Notes under the pieces: model-generated
Seen by the model: the letters and a program-made list of their open reading frames with translations, nothing else
Databases searched by the model: none
What the model was told of the DNA's origin: nothing
Part shown: positions 18,421 to 26,934 of the stretch, in pieces
How positions within the stretch are numbered: the first letter of the stretch is position 1
Layout: each line of letters opens with the position of its first letter
Program-made: the position numbers and the translations under genes
Assembly (NCBI GenBank): GCA_964587725.1
Contig: CAZPLO010000014.1
Coordinates: 1 to 35,107 of the forward strand
From: an uncultured archaeon
GTDB taxonomy: Archaea > Altiarchaeota > Altiarchaeia > IMC4 > SCGC-AAA252-I15
Reading direction: 5' to 3'
DNA length: 35,107 nucleotides

Positions 18421-19502
18421 GTCCACTGGGTGGATTCCAGGTCTGGTTCGTTGGGGTCGAACAGTATTATCTGGTCGTCGTCGCTCAGACTGAAGTACTT
18501 GTAATTGCCCTTGATTTTCACGCGGTCGACGAGGTTGTTTTTCAGCAGGTAACGCAGGTCCGAGCCCACTGCCTTGTATCCGCGGTCGAGTGTGCTGGCC
18601 AACTCCTTCGTGGACATGGTGTTCTCGGAGTCCAGGGCGTCGAGTATCTGCCGGTGCCGTGGCTTCAAATCGACCCGGGGCTGCTCGACCAGTTCGACCC
18701 CCACCTCCTGGCATTCCTTGTCGTCCATCACACAGCCGTCTACTTCAATGCACGGGTCTTCAGGCTCGCCGGCGAGGAACTCCCTGCATTCGTCGCACAC
18801 GTGGTTGCCTTCCACCACCCAGTTAAGCCACCTGTCGTTGCCGCAGCAGAAGCACCGCGCCTGCAAGGGGTAGCCGCTCTTCCTCACATCCAGTGCGGGG
18901 GAATTGCCCCCCCGATCCAGCATCTCCCCCCCGGCATTCAATGCCGCGTCCTCGGCCTCAGCTATCTCCAGGTACTCGTTTATGGCGTCGATTATTCCCT
19001 TGTCGTCCTTCAACAGTTCGCTTAGGTTCAACCTGACGGTTCCTGTGGCGGAGCCCTCCATCTTAAGGGGGTTTTCGCCTACGGGGGAGTCGACTTTGAT
19101 GTTGTCGTACGCCATCAGTCCGAAGTCCCTCATGACCGGGTATTTTATGACGGCCTTGTCTCCGGCCTCCACCGGCACGGGCTCCGCGTATTCGCCGATG
19201 AGCTCGTAGCCTTTTATGACGCTGCCTGCGGCAGCGGTCATCATCGGAACCGGCGAATCGCTTCTGGCGGTTCTCTCCCGCCATTCGCTGGCGGGGGTCA
19301 GCCGGACCAGACGCAATGCGGGCTTCACGTACACGGTCTTGTCGCTAACGTTCTCCACAACCAGTTCGAGTTCATTGCCTGCCTTGTCGTATCTCACGTC
19401 CACGAAGCGTACGTCGGGGACGACCTTTCTGAGACGGAGGATAAGGTATGCCGCCAGTCCTATGCCAAATGCCAGGTATATGGGTGTGAAATCCAGCTTC
19501 AT
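18417..19502 (-). CDS. membrane-anchored protein with Ig-like region, Cys4 zinc finger and C-terminal winged HTH
   Basis: N-terminal TM (IYLAFGIGLAAYLIL) followed by RLRK; CFCC-x16-CDEC; RHRQILDALDSENTMSTKELASTLDRGYKAVGSDLRYLLKNNLVDRVK. ATG 19502 preferred over GTG 19532. Confidence 0.8.
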   Translation of the reverse strand: MKLDFTPIYLAFGIGLAAYLILRLRKVVPDVRFVDVRYDKAGNELELVVENVSDKTVYVKPALRLVRLTPASEWRERTARSDSPVPMMTAAAGSVIKGYELIGEYAEPVPVEAGDKAVIKYPVMRDFGLMAYDNIKVDSPVGENPLKMEGSATGTVRLNLSELLKDDKGIIDAINEYLEIAEAEDAALNAGGEMLDRGGNSPALDVRKSGYPLQARCFCCGNDRWLNWVVEGNHVCDECREFLAGEPEDPCIEVDGCVMDDKECQEVGVELVEQPRVDLKPRHRQILDALDSENTMSTKELASTLDRGYKAVGSDLRYLLKNNLVDRVKIKGNYKYFSLSDDDQIILFDPNEPDLESTQWT

Positions 19503-19529
19503 CTTTAATTGTTGAAGCCAGCCACCCCC

Positions 19530-19549
19530 CACTATCCGCCGGGATAGTG
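19530..19549. promoter_or_regulatory. perfect 8-bp inverted repeat (operator or 5'-UTR hairpin)
   Basis: CACTATCC-gccg-GGATAGTG, lying between a minus-strand TATA (TTTTTATATC, about 19572-19581) and ATG 19502. Confidence 0.5.
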
Positions 19550-19645
19550 CTGTCTATTCTATTGTATTGAAGATATAAAAACCTTACAGTCAATCTGGCC
19601 CGCGTTTTTATAGTCTGCTCATGTCATATGTTAAACAGGTGATGC

Positions 19646-19906
19646 ATGATGGCTGAAACCAAAATCGGCGAGGTCTTCCAGTACTTCGCCAAACCCGGCG
19701 TCGCAGCCGTGAAACTGACCGACGGGCCGCTTAAGGTGGGTGACAGGATACACGTGCTCGGGCACACCACCGACTTCACCCAAAGGGTCGACTCCATGCA
19801 GGTGGACCGCGACCCAATAGATGAGGCCGCGCAGGGTGGCAGCATAGGCGTGAAGGTGCAGGACCGGGTGCGGCCCCACGACACAGTGTACAGGATAGAG
19901 GATTAG
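19646..19906 (+). CDS. small translation-elongation-factor-like beta-barrel protein (EF-Tu domain II / U32 C-terminal-like)
   Basis: IGEVFQYFAKPGVAAVKL, LKVGDRIHVLGHTTDFTQRVDSMQ and GSIGVKVQDRVRPHDTVY; GGTGA ribosome-binding site upstream. Confidence 0.8.
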   Translation: MMAETKIGEVFQYFAKPGVAAVKLTDGPLKVGDRIHVLGHTTDFTQRVDSMQVDRDPIDEAAQGGSIGVKVQDRVRPHDTVYRIED

Positions 19907-19929
19907 GGTGCAGGTGACCGGAGGGAAAT

Positions 19930-20814
19930 TCAGAGTCTCTCCAGGATCCTCTGGAGCGTCTTGGTCCTGCCCACGGGCATTATGTGTGTTCCACCCAACC
20001 CCATCGACTTGACGGACTCTATGGTCTCCACAGCGACAGTCACGCCCTCGGACACGGGGTCTTCCGCTCCGGAAACCCTGGCTGCGACGTCCTCCGGGAC
20101 GGTGATGCCTGGCAGCCGGTTAAGAAACGCTATCATTTTTTCGGAGGCGAGTGGTATGACTCCGACGATAACCTGTTTGCGTATGTCGCCGACGAGTTCG
20201 TCGGCCTTCGACATGAAAGACTCCAGGGACTCTGTGTCGAAGACGGCCTGGGTCTGGAAGAATTGGGCGCCCGCATCCATCTTCCGCTTCACCTTCAATA
20301 CCTCCGGCTCCATCGGCCGGACAGACGGTGATATGGCTCCCCCCACGTAAAAGCCGGTTTTGCCGTTCAGCTCCCACCCGGTTATGTCCCTGCCCTCGTT
20401 CATCTCCGAAATAGTCTTTATCAGTGACGTGCTGTCGAGGTCGTATACCGGCTTTGCGTTGGGGTGGTCGCTGGCCCCCCGGATGGGGTGGTCGCCGGTC
20501 AAAGCGAGTATGTTATCTATGCCGAAGGCGGCCGCGCTTATGAGGTCTGACTCCAGAGCCAGAACGTTCCGGTCCCTGCACACCATCTGGAATATCGGTT
20601 CCAATCCGTTCTGCTCCAGCATTATGCTCGCTCCCAACGAACTCATGAACAGCCGGGCGCTGGGGCTGTCTATCACGTTCACCGCGGTTATTTCTTTCAG
20701 GGATTTGATTAAACGCATCTCCTCCGTGAACTCCGTGGTGTCGGGGCCCCTCGGCGGCTTCACCTCTGTGGTTATCGTGAACTTCCCCCCCACGCTCTCG
20801 GACAGCCTGCTCAT
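19930..20814 (-). CDS. metF: methylenetetrahydrofolate reductase
   Basis: TEVKPPRG, QMVCRDRNVLALESDL, NILALTGDHP, KMDAGAQFFQTQAVFD and GTHIMPVG motifs. Confidence 0.93.
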   Translation of the reverse strand: MSRLSESVGGKFTITTEVKPPRGPDTTEFTEEMRLIKSLKEITAVNVIDSPSARLFMSSLGASIMLEQNGLEPIFQMVCRDRNVLALESDLISAAAFGIDNILALTGDHPIRGASDHPNAKPVYDLDSTSLIKTISEMNEGRDITGWELNGKTGFYVGGAISPSVRPMEPEVLKVKRKMDAGAQFFQTQAVFDTESLESFMSKADELVGDIRKQVIVGVIPLASEKMIAFLNRLPGITVPEDVAARVSGAEDPVSEGVTVAVETIESVKSMGLGGTHIMPVGRTKTLQRILERL

Positions 20815-21005
20815 TTTATCGTCGGCATCCTCACCTTCAGGAACTCATCCAGTTTACCTTCTGACTTGAGTTTGGCGTATACCTTAACCCACACGCACGG
20901 GCCCTCGACCTCGCACATACCGTCGCGGACTCCGCCGCAGGGCCCGTTGAGCATCCGCTTCGGGCAGTCAGCCGAAACCTCGTATCCCGCCACTTTTCCC
21001 TTCAT
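20811..21005 (-). CDS. metV: MTHFR C-terminal-domain / MetV-like Cys-rich small subunit
   Basis: CPKRMLNGPCGGVRDGMCEVEGPCVWVKVY; ATGA overlap with metF. Confidence 0.85.
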   Translation of the reverse strand: MKGKVAGYEVSADCPKRMLNGPCGGVRDGMCEVEGPCVWVKVYAKLKSEGKLDEFLKVRMPTIK

Positions 21006-21050
21006 TCTGCTGTCTTATACATTACATTATATTAAAATACCAATAATAGC

Positions 21051-21668
21051 ATGATGAGGCTGCTGATTACCGCCGGACCCACCCGCGAGTACATAGACGA
21101 CATCCGCTTCATCTCCAACCCCAGCAGCGGGCTGACGGGGATGGCTTTGGCTGAGGAGGCCGTGAAGCGCGGGCACGAGGTCACCATGGTGTTGGGTCCC
21201 ACGTCGCTGACGCCGATATACGGGATAAAGGTGATACCTGTGGTGTCTGCTGACGAGATGACCGACAAGACGTTGAAGGAGCTGGAGCAGGGTTACGACA
21301 CATTGATTTCGGCGGCCGCGGTAGCGGACTATACGCCGGCGGAGAAGCTTGACGGGAAAATACGGTCTGGGGGGGAACTCAAGCTCACGTTGAAGCCCAC
21401 CCGGAAGCTGATTCAGGAGGCGCGGAAGCGCTTCCCCCGCCTGAGGATTATGGCGTTCAAGGCCGAATACAATAAATCACCGGATGAACTGGCTGAGGCC
21501 GCGGGGAAGCTGCTGTCCCACGCTGACGTAGTAGTCGTCAACGATGTCGGCGAGTCCGTGTTCGGTTCGGATGAGACTGAGGCATACATAGTCGGCGACG
21601 AAGTCAAGCACATAGAGCGGAAGTCTAAACGGGACGCTGCGAAACAGATACTGGATGCCCTGGATTAG
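21051..21668 (+). CDS. coaB: phosphopantothenate--cysteine ligase (stand-alone CoaB domain)
   Basis: LITAGPTREYIDDIRFISNPSSG, AAAVADY, AFKAE and VVNDV motifs; no N-terminal CoaC flavoprotein domain. Confidence 0.92.
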   Translation: MMRLLITAGPTREYIDDIRFISNPSSGLTGMALAEEAVKRGHEVTMVLGPTSLTPIYGIKVIPVVSADEMTDKTLKELEQGYDTLISAAAVADYTPAEKLDGKIRSGGELKLTLKPTRKLIQEARKRFPRLRIMAFKAEYNKSPDELAEAAGKLLSHADVVVVNDVGESVFGSDETEAYIVGDEVKHIERKSKRDAAKQILDALD

Positions 21669-22618
21669 ATGCTCTTCGCCATCCTCTTCAGCTGCTTCAC
21701 CCGGATGCCGAAGAACCCCTCGTTCACATGCACCAGTATCAGCAGCGCCGCCCCGAATCCTGCGTCTATAAGTCTCACATTGTTTCCGAAGAACGAGGTG
21801 ACGCTCATCCAGCCCACAATCAGCAGGAGGCCGTACACCAGCAGGGCCATCCCAGCTATGAACCGCACAGCCTCCCCCGTGGTCTTCTTCGGATAATACA
21901 CGAGCGCCGCCAATGACGCGAACAACACAGCCAGCATCAGATACACGCCCCGGTACTGGGGGTTGAGCACGAACATTCCCGCCAGGTATATGAGGAGCAG
22001 GGTGACTATCGTCAACGCTATGTATACCCTCTGGGACTCGGCCAGACGTTCCACCCACTGCATGAAGCCTATGACCTCTCTGGTCTTCAGGTATTTCTTG
22101 TACTGGTGGTAGAGGACCAGCACCAGCGACAGCAGCAGGGAGCCGAAGAAGAAGCTCAGCACCTCGACGGTGGGGTTGTCGAAGAACACCTTCAACAGGT
22201 ACAGTGAAAGCAGGGTGGATGTGGCCAGTATTATGTCCCTGAAAAGCTCTTTTATCAAGGCGGCGGCGCGAACTAAGAAGGCCTTTATCCTCCCGGCGGT
22301 TTTCTTAAGCGCCTTGCGGGGGTCGGGTCGGGGGTTTTCCTCCTCACCCTCCTCCTCACGGGCGAATTCCTTCTCCAGTTTCTCAAGCTTCTTCAGGCCC
22401 TCCGGGGTTATCCTGAGCAGGGGGTCTCCAGTCTCCCGTTCGGTGACCCTCATCAAGCCCTGTTTATCCAGCTCCGAGGTCCACCGGCTTATCTTTTCAG
22501 CCGGCACCTCCAGTTTCCTGGCTGCCGCGCTCTCCTTGACGCCGTTGAGTTCGAAGACCAGGCCGAGGAGGTGTCTGCTGTTCAGCTCCTCGTCCAGCTT
22601 CGGTTCCGGCTCCTCCAC
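21665..22618 (-). CDS. N-terminal winged-HTH protein with about six C-terminal TM helices
   Basis: AAARKLEVPAEKISRWTSELDKQGLMRV...LRITPEGLKKL followed by hydrophobic segments; GTG start 8 nt after the top6A stop with an AGGTG ribosome-binding site. Confidence 0.78.
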   Translation of the reverse strand: MEEPEPKLDEELNSRHLLGLVFELNGVKESAAARKLEVPAEKISRWTSELDKQGLMRVTERETGDPLLRITPEGLKKLEKLEKEFAREEEGEEENPRPDPRKALKKTAGRIKAFLVRAAALIKELFRDIILATSTLLSLYLLKVFFDNPTVEVLSFFFGSLLLSLVLVLYHQYKKYLKTREVIGFMQWVERLAESQRVYIALTIVTLLLIYLAGMFVLNPQYRGVYLMLAVLFASLAALVYYPKKTTGEAVRFIAGMALLVYGLLLIVGWMSVTSFFGNNVRLIDAGFGAALLILVHVNEGFFGIRVKQLKRMAKSI

Positions 22619-22626
22619 TTCAGCAC

Positions 22627-23706
22627 CTACGGCAGCAGGTCTCCCGCATCTATCTTCTTCGGCAGGTATTCTTCGGCCACGAACTCCAGGCTCTTAGACG
22701 CGAGCGCCTGCTGCTCTATCCTCACACCCTTGCTCTCCATCAGCTTCAGCTGGTGTCGCCACTCCTTCTTCTGGAACCACGGGTACTGGAGTAGCTCGCT
22801 TATCCTCTTCCGGTCCACGTCCTTCAGCTTCTCCGTGACCTTGTCGAGTTCGTAGTTGTCGATGTCGGACATGGTCATCCCCACGAACTGGCACTCCGGC
22901 GTCCCCAGCCGTTCGCTCTCGTGGGCGAGGGCCATCGACCCCGCCTTCATGACCGAGTAAATGTAGTATCCCCAGGGGTCGCCGTCGGTGAACATGATGA
23001 TGGGCATCTTCTTCTCCTTGTTCAATCTGTTAACAAGCCGCCGGCAGCCCCGGGCCGCCTGCCCTTTCGTCGACACCATGATGCAGTTGTTTTTCTGCGG
23101 GTACTTTTCCTCCACGAGGCGGTCGAACATCGCGCCCGTCTCTATGACCAGGCAGTAGTCCGCCTCCACTTCGTGAAACTTATAGTGTTCCACTATCGAC
23201 GGAATCGACAGGCCGCTTCGCCCGAGCTTGCTGCAGTCTATCATGTCGCCGCTGTCCTCTATCACGATGTTGCCTATCAGCGTCCCCTTGTCATCCGCCT
23301 TCAGATGCAGCTCCTCACGGAGCACGGACAGCATGGTCTCCAGGTCCACTATCAGGGGGTCGCTTTCGCTCTGGTCGTCGAAGGTGTTCTCCTTCGTCCC
23401 CGCGATGGTGTGCTTCAGCTGGTAGTAGAGCTCCCTGATGCTGGCGGTCTTCCCCCGCTCCACGAACTCCTCGCACTTTGAGGCTATCAGCATGGTCTGC
23501 ATGAATTTCTTGCTGTGGGCGACGTTCATGAAGTTCCTGGTCGACGTCTTCGTGCCCAGCCGCAGGAGGTTGTTTTTCTTGTCGAATTTTATGTTGGTGA
23601 GCCCCCTCTGCGGGACCTTCATCTTCGGGACCTTCTTGTTGTCGATCATCCCCGCTATCTCCTTGCCCAGGCTCCTCAGGCGGCCGGCCACTTCCTTGTC
23701 GGTCAT
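22627..23706 (-). CDS. top6A: DNA topoisomerase VI subunit A
   Basis: SIRELYYQLKH (catalytic Tyr), FDDQSESD, VIETGAMF, KGQAARGCR, TDGDPWG (Toprim) and EQQAL motifs. Confidence 0.97.
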   Translation of the reverse strand: MTDKEVAGRLRSLGKEIAGMIDNKKVPKMKVPQRGLTNIKFDKKNNLLRLGTKTSTRNFMNVAHSKKFMQTMLIASKCEEFVERGKTASIRELYYQLKHTIAGTKENTFDDQSESDPLIVDLETMLSVLREELHLKADDKGTLIGNIVIEDSGDMIDCSKLGRSGLSIPSIVEHYKFHEVEADYCLVIETGAMFDRLVEEKYPQKNNCIMVSTKGQAARGCRRLVNRLNKEKKMPIIMFTDGDPWGYYIYSVMKAGSMALAHESERLGTPECQFVGMTMSDIDNYELDKVTEKLKDVDRKRISELLQYPWFQKKEWRHQLKLMESKGVRIEQQALASKSLEFVAEEYLPKKIDAGDLLP

Positions 23707-23707
23707 C

Positions 23708-25306
23708 CTAGTCTCCCTCCTTGTAGTCTATCTTAAGCCTCTTGGCTATAAGTTTCTTAAGTGTCGTCTCCACTTCCTTCGCCTTCCTGTCGGTCAGCTT
23801 AGCCACCGCCGCAGCCAGTTCGGTGCTGTACTTCATCAGCGTGTTCATCCGGGCCTGCTTCTCTATCTCCCGGCGTTTATGGCTGTGGTATCTCTTGAAC
23901 TTCCGGCCTACGTCCATCAGCGCCATCCGCACCTCCTTGAGCACGTCCTCGTCTGCGGCGACGCTCTGCTTGCCCGCGGACGTGTACGGCACATACATGG
24001 ACACTAGGTTGATGAACACGGTGATGGGGCTTCCGTCGAAGTCCTTGATGTCGTAGCGTTTCCAGTCGACGCTGTTGACGGCCTGACTTATGGCGCAGGC
24101 TCCGGTGTCGAACAGCAGCGGCGTCCGGTTCGCGAACCGCATGACTTCGGCCTTGGCGCTGTCGCTGGTGGTAGTCACCCTCCCCGCGTTGCCGCCGTAG
24201 GCTATCGCCACCTCCACCTGGAACGGCACTCCGCCGGAGTATACGGTGGGGTTTCTGGTGACGACGGCGGAGAACTCAGGCTTCAGAATCTTCAGCACCG
24301 CATCCTCTATCTGATTCTCGCCTATCGGGCTTAAGCCCTCCACCGGCGGGGCCATGAAGTCGATTTTCTCGAAGGCCTTGGTTATCTCCTCCGCCTCCGC
24401 CCACGTCAGCTTCCGGGGGTTCTTCTTCAAATCGAAGTTCACCTCCCCCTGTATCTCGTCCGCCTTCGACTTGCTTATCCTGGTGAACTCGGACTCCAGG
24501 AACGAGCTCACCCGCCGGGCGGGCGTTCTTTTCGCGTGGTTGATGAGTTCATCGGTGTCCATGCCCTTGGGGTGCGGCTTCATCTCCTTCGGCTGCTTCG
24601 GTATCTTGTCACTCACCCGCTTGAACACGCTCTTCCTGCCTTCGGGGTCGACGAAGGTTATCTGCGCGTGGGGGTTGGCGATGGCGCTCCGCCTTATGTA
24701 CTCGTAGGGGCTGCGTTCACCGAGGTTGAACAGAACGCCTTTCAACTCGCCCTCTATCTCCGTGCCCCTCCACCTCTGGTTCAGAATCTTCGTCTCTATG
24801 ATGTCCGCCTTGTTCTTTGTCACGTCCACCATCAATCGTATCTCATGGACCTTCCCGCTGCCGGTGCTGGTGGTGATTTTCACGGGCTTGCCGGTGGTCA
24901 TCTGGCTGAACAAGGTGACGCCTGCGACCCCGATGCCCTGCTGGCCACGCAGCTGCACGTTCCGGTGGAATTTCGTGCCAGCCAGCATCTTCCCGAACAC
25001 GTCGGATATGTGTTTCTCGGGTATGCCGGGGCCGTTGTCCCTGCATGTGAAACGGTAGTGTTCGTTGCCCAGCTGCTTCAACGCCACGTCTATGTCCGGC
25101 AGAATCCCCGCCTCCTCGCACGCGTCCAGGCTGTTCGTAACAAGCTCGTGTATTACGGTGGTGAGGGAGCGAAGCTTACCCGAGTAGCCGAGGTGGGCCT
25201 TGTTCTTGCGGAAAAACTCGGTTATAGAAACCTCCTTAAAGTCCTTGAAAAGCTCGTCTGCGCCTCTTTCCTTAACTTCCGTGTCCTTCTTTGCCATGTC
25301 CATCAA
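23708..25306 (-). CDS. top6B: DNA topoisomerase VI subunit B
   Basis: GHKL motifs HELVTNSLDACEE, DNGPGIP and RGQQGIG; RFANRTPLLFD and VPYTSAGKQS. Confidence 0.97.
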   Translation of the reverse strand: MMDMAKKDTEVKERGADELFKDFKEVSITEFFRKNKAHLGYSGKLRSLTTVIHELVTNSLDACEEAGILPDIDVALKQLGNEHYRFTCRDNGPGIPEKHISDVFGKMLAGTKFHRNVQLRGQQGIGVAGVTLFSQMTTGKPVKITTSTGSGKVHEIRLMVDVTKNKADIIETKILNQRWRGTEIEGELKGVLFNLGERSPYEYIRRSAIANPHAQITFVDPEGRKSVFKRVSDKIPKQPKEMKPHPKGMDTDELINHAKRTPARRVSSFLESEFTRISKSKADEIQGEVNFDLKKNPRKLTWAEAEEITKAFEKIDFMAPPVEGLSPIGENQIEDAVLKILKPEFSAVVTRNPTVYSGGVPFQVEVAIAYGGNAGRVTTTSDSAKAEVMRFANRTPLLFDTGACAISQAVNSVDWKRYDIKDFDGSPITVFINLVSMYVPYTSAGKQSVAADEDVLKEVRMALMDVGRKFKRYHSHKRREIEKQARMNTLMKYSTELAAAVAKLTDRKAKEVETTLKKLIAKRLKIDYKEGD

Positions 25307-25374
25307 CCGATAAAAAACAAATGAACGTGAATTGTATCTATTGTGTATACAGCGTTAAAAGCGCGGCATCCGGC

Positions 25375-25875
25375 CTATACGCCTCTCCTGCCATGTTTCT
25401 CAATGTAACGGTATACGGTGCTGTGGCGTTTACCCGTCAGCAGCATACTGCACGCTTCCACGGCTACTGAAACCTGGTCGTATCCGCCTATGAACGCCAC
25501 GGTTTTACCGTACACGGACACCATGGCGCCGGTGTTCCGTTCGATGAAGCGGCGTGTCCTGCCTTTTTCGCCTATTATGCGGCCTTTCAGCCGTTCCATC
25601 GACTTGGGGGTGTTGGCGTAGTCTTTCAATTCGATGTATTCGAACACCTGGTCGTCGCGGACCAGCATCAGGGCCTTGTCCGGGTTGAATCCCCTGCCTA
25701 TGGCGTGGACGACGTCCTTCGCCCTCCACTCGTCGACGGAGTCGCCTTCCACCGACACCTCGTTGCCTTCGACCTCCACATTGCAGTTGGTCTTCGACTC
25801 TATCCTGCGTTTGGTGGCGCCGCCCCTGCCTATGAGGACGTTAACCCGCTCCTCAGGTATCCGCACAAACTGCAT
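25375..25875 (-). CDS. KH-domain pre-rRNA processing protein (Dim2/Pno1/Krr1 family)
   Basis: RIPEERVNVLIGRGG, AIGRGFNPDKA, RLKGRIIGEKGRTR and GKRHSTVYRYIE; usual position upstream of top6B. Confidence 0.93.
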   Translation of the reverse strand: MQFVRIPEERVNVLIGRGGATKRRIESKTNCNVEVEGNEVSVEGDSVDEWRAKDVVHAIGRGFNPDKALMLVRDDQVFEYIELKDYANTPKSMERLKGRIIGEKGRTRRFIERNTGAMVSVYGKTVAFIGGYDQVSVAVEACSMLLTGKRHSTVYRYIEKHGRRGV

Positions 25876-25926
25876 GTGGAATCAATAGGTTATTCTATTT
25901 AATACATAAAACACTGTGTTAACTTG

Positions 25927-26934
25927 ATGCATGAGGCGCTGTTGTACGACAGGGAGGGCACCCGCGCCCGCTGCAGGCTCTGCCCCCACCGCTGCGTCAT
26001 CGTGGACGGGGCCTGCGGCATCTGCGGCGTCCGCGAAAACCGCGGCGGCACACTCCACACATTAGTCTACGGGCGGCCGTGCGCGTTGAACCCGGACCCC
26101 ATAGAAAAAAAACCGCTGTACCATTTCCTGCCCGGCACCCGCTCCTACTCCATCGCGACAGTCGGATGCAACATGCGGTGCATGCACTGCCAGAACTGGG
26201 AGATAAGCCAGAGCCCCAAGGAAGGGGACGTCTACGGCCGTGACATGCCGCCGGAGGCCGTCGTCGACTCCGCCGTCGAATCGGGCTGCGAATCCATAGC
26301 CTACACATACACGGAACCCACCGTATTCATGGAATACGCCCTCGATACCGCCAAGATGGCGTTGGACAGGGGGTTGAGGAACGTGTTCGTCAGCAACGGC
26401 TACATGACATCGGAGGCGCTGGACCTTATCTCACCGTACCTCCACGGAGACAACGTGGACTTGAAAAGCTTCTCCGACAAATTCTACCGGGAGACATGCG
26501 GCGCCACGCTGGAGCCTGTCCTTGAAACGCTCAAAGGCCTGGTCTCCAGGGGCATATGGGTGGAGGTCACCACCTTAATCATTCCCACCTTGAACGACAG
26601 CCCCGATGAACTCAAGCAGATTGCGGAGTTCATAGCCGGTGAACTGGGGGAGCATGTCCCATGGCATGTGTCCCGGTTCCACCCCGACTACAAACTCGAC
26701 GGGTTGTCGGCGACGGACGTGAAGGTGGTGGAGACGGCTGTGGGCATAGGGAAAGACGCAGGTCTCAAGCACGTTTACGCGGGCAACGTCCCCCACGGAG
26801 ACTACGAAAACACATACTGTCCAGAATGCGGGGCATTGGTTATTGAACGGCATGGCTTCACAGTCACATCCGTTAAACTGGACGATGGCAAATGTCCCTC
26901 ATGCGGCGCCGAGGTGGAGGGGGTGTGGGCGTGA
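25927..26934 (+). CDS. amrS: AmmeMemoRadiSam system radical SAM enzyme
   Basis: CRLCPHRC...CGVR, DPIEKKPLYHFLPG, CNMRCMHC (CxxxCxxC), QNWEISQ, YTYTEP and C-terminal CPECG/CPSCG. Confidence 0.93.
   Translation: MHEALLYDREGTRARCRLCPHRCVIVDGACGICGVRENRGGTLHTLVYGRPCALNPDPIEKKPLYHFLPGTRSYSIATVGCNMRCMHCQNWEISQSPKEGDVYGRDMPPEAVVDSAVESGCESIAYTYTEPTVFMEYALDTAKMALDRGLRNVFVSNGYMTSEALDLISPYLHGDNVDLKSFSDKFYRETCGATLEPVLETLKGLVSRGIWVEVTTLIIPTLNDSPDELKQIAEFIAGELGEHVPWHVSRFHPDYKLDGLSATDVKVVETAVGIGKDAGLKHVYAGNVPHGDYENTYCPECGALVIERHGFTVTSVKLDDGKCPSCGAEVEGVWA

Noticed and set aside
19646-19906. Pseudogene fragment of an elongation factor
   Set aside because: Intact ORF with RBS and promoter, matching a stand-alone small beta-barrel family; no adjacent GTPase remnants.
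22627-25306. Topo VI-like defence system (Wadjet JetD) or mobile-element Topo VIII
   Set aside because: Canonical separate top6B/top6A next to the KH gene; no SMC/Jet genes.
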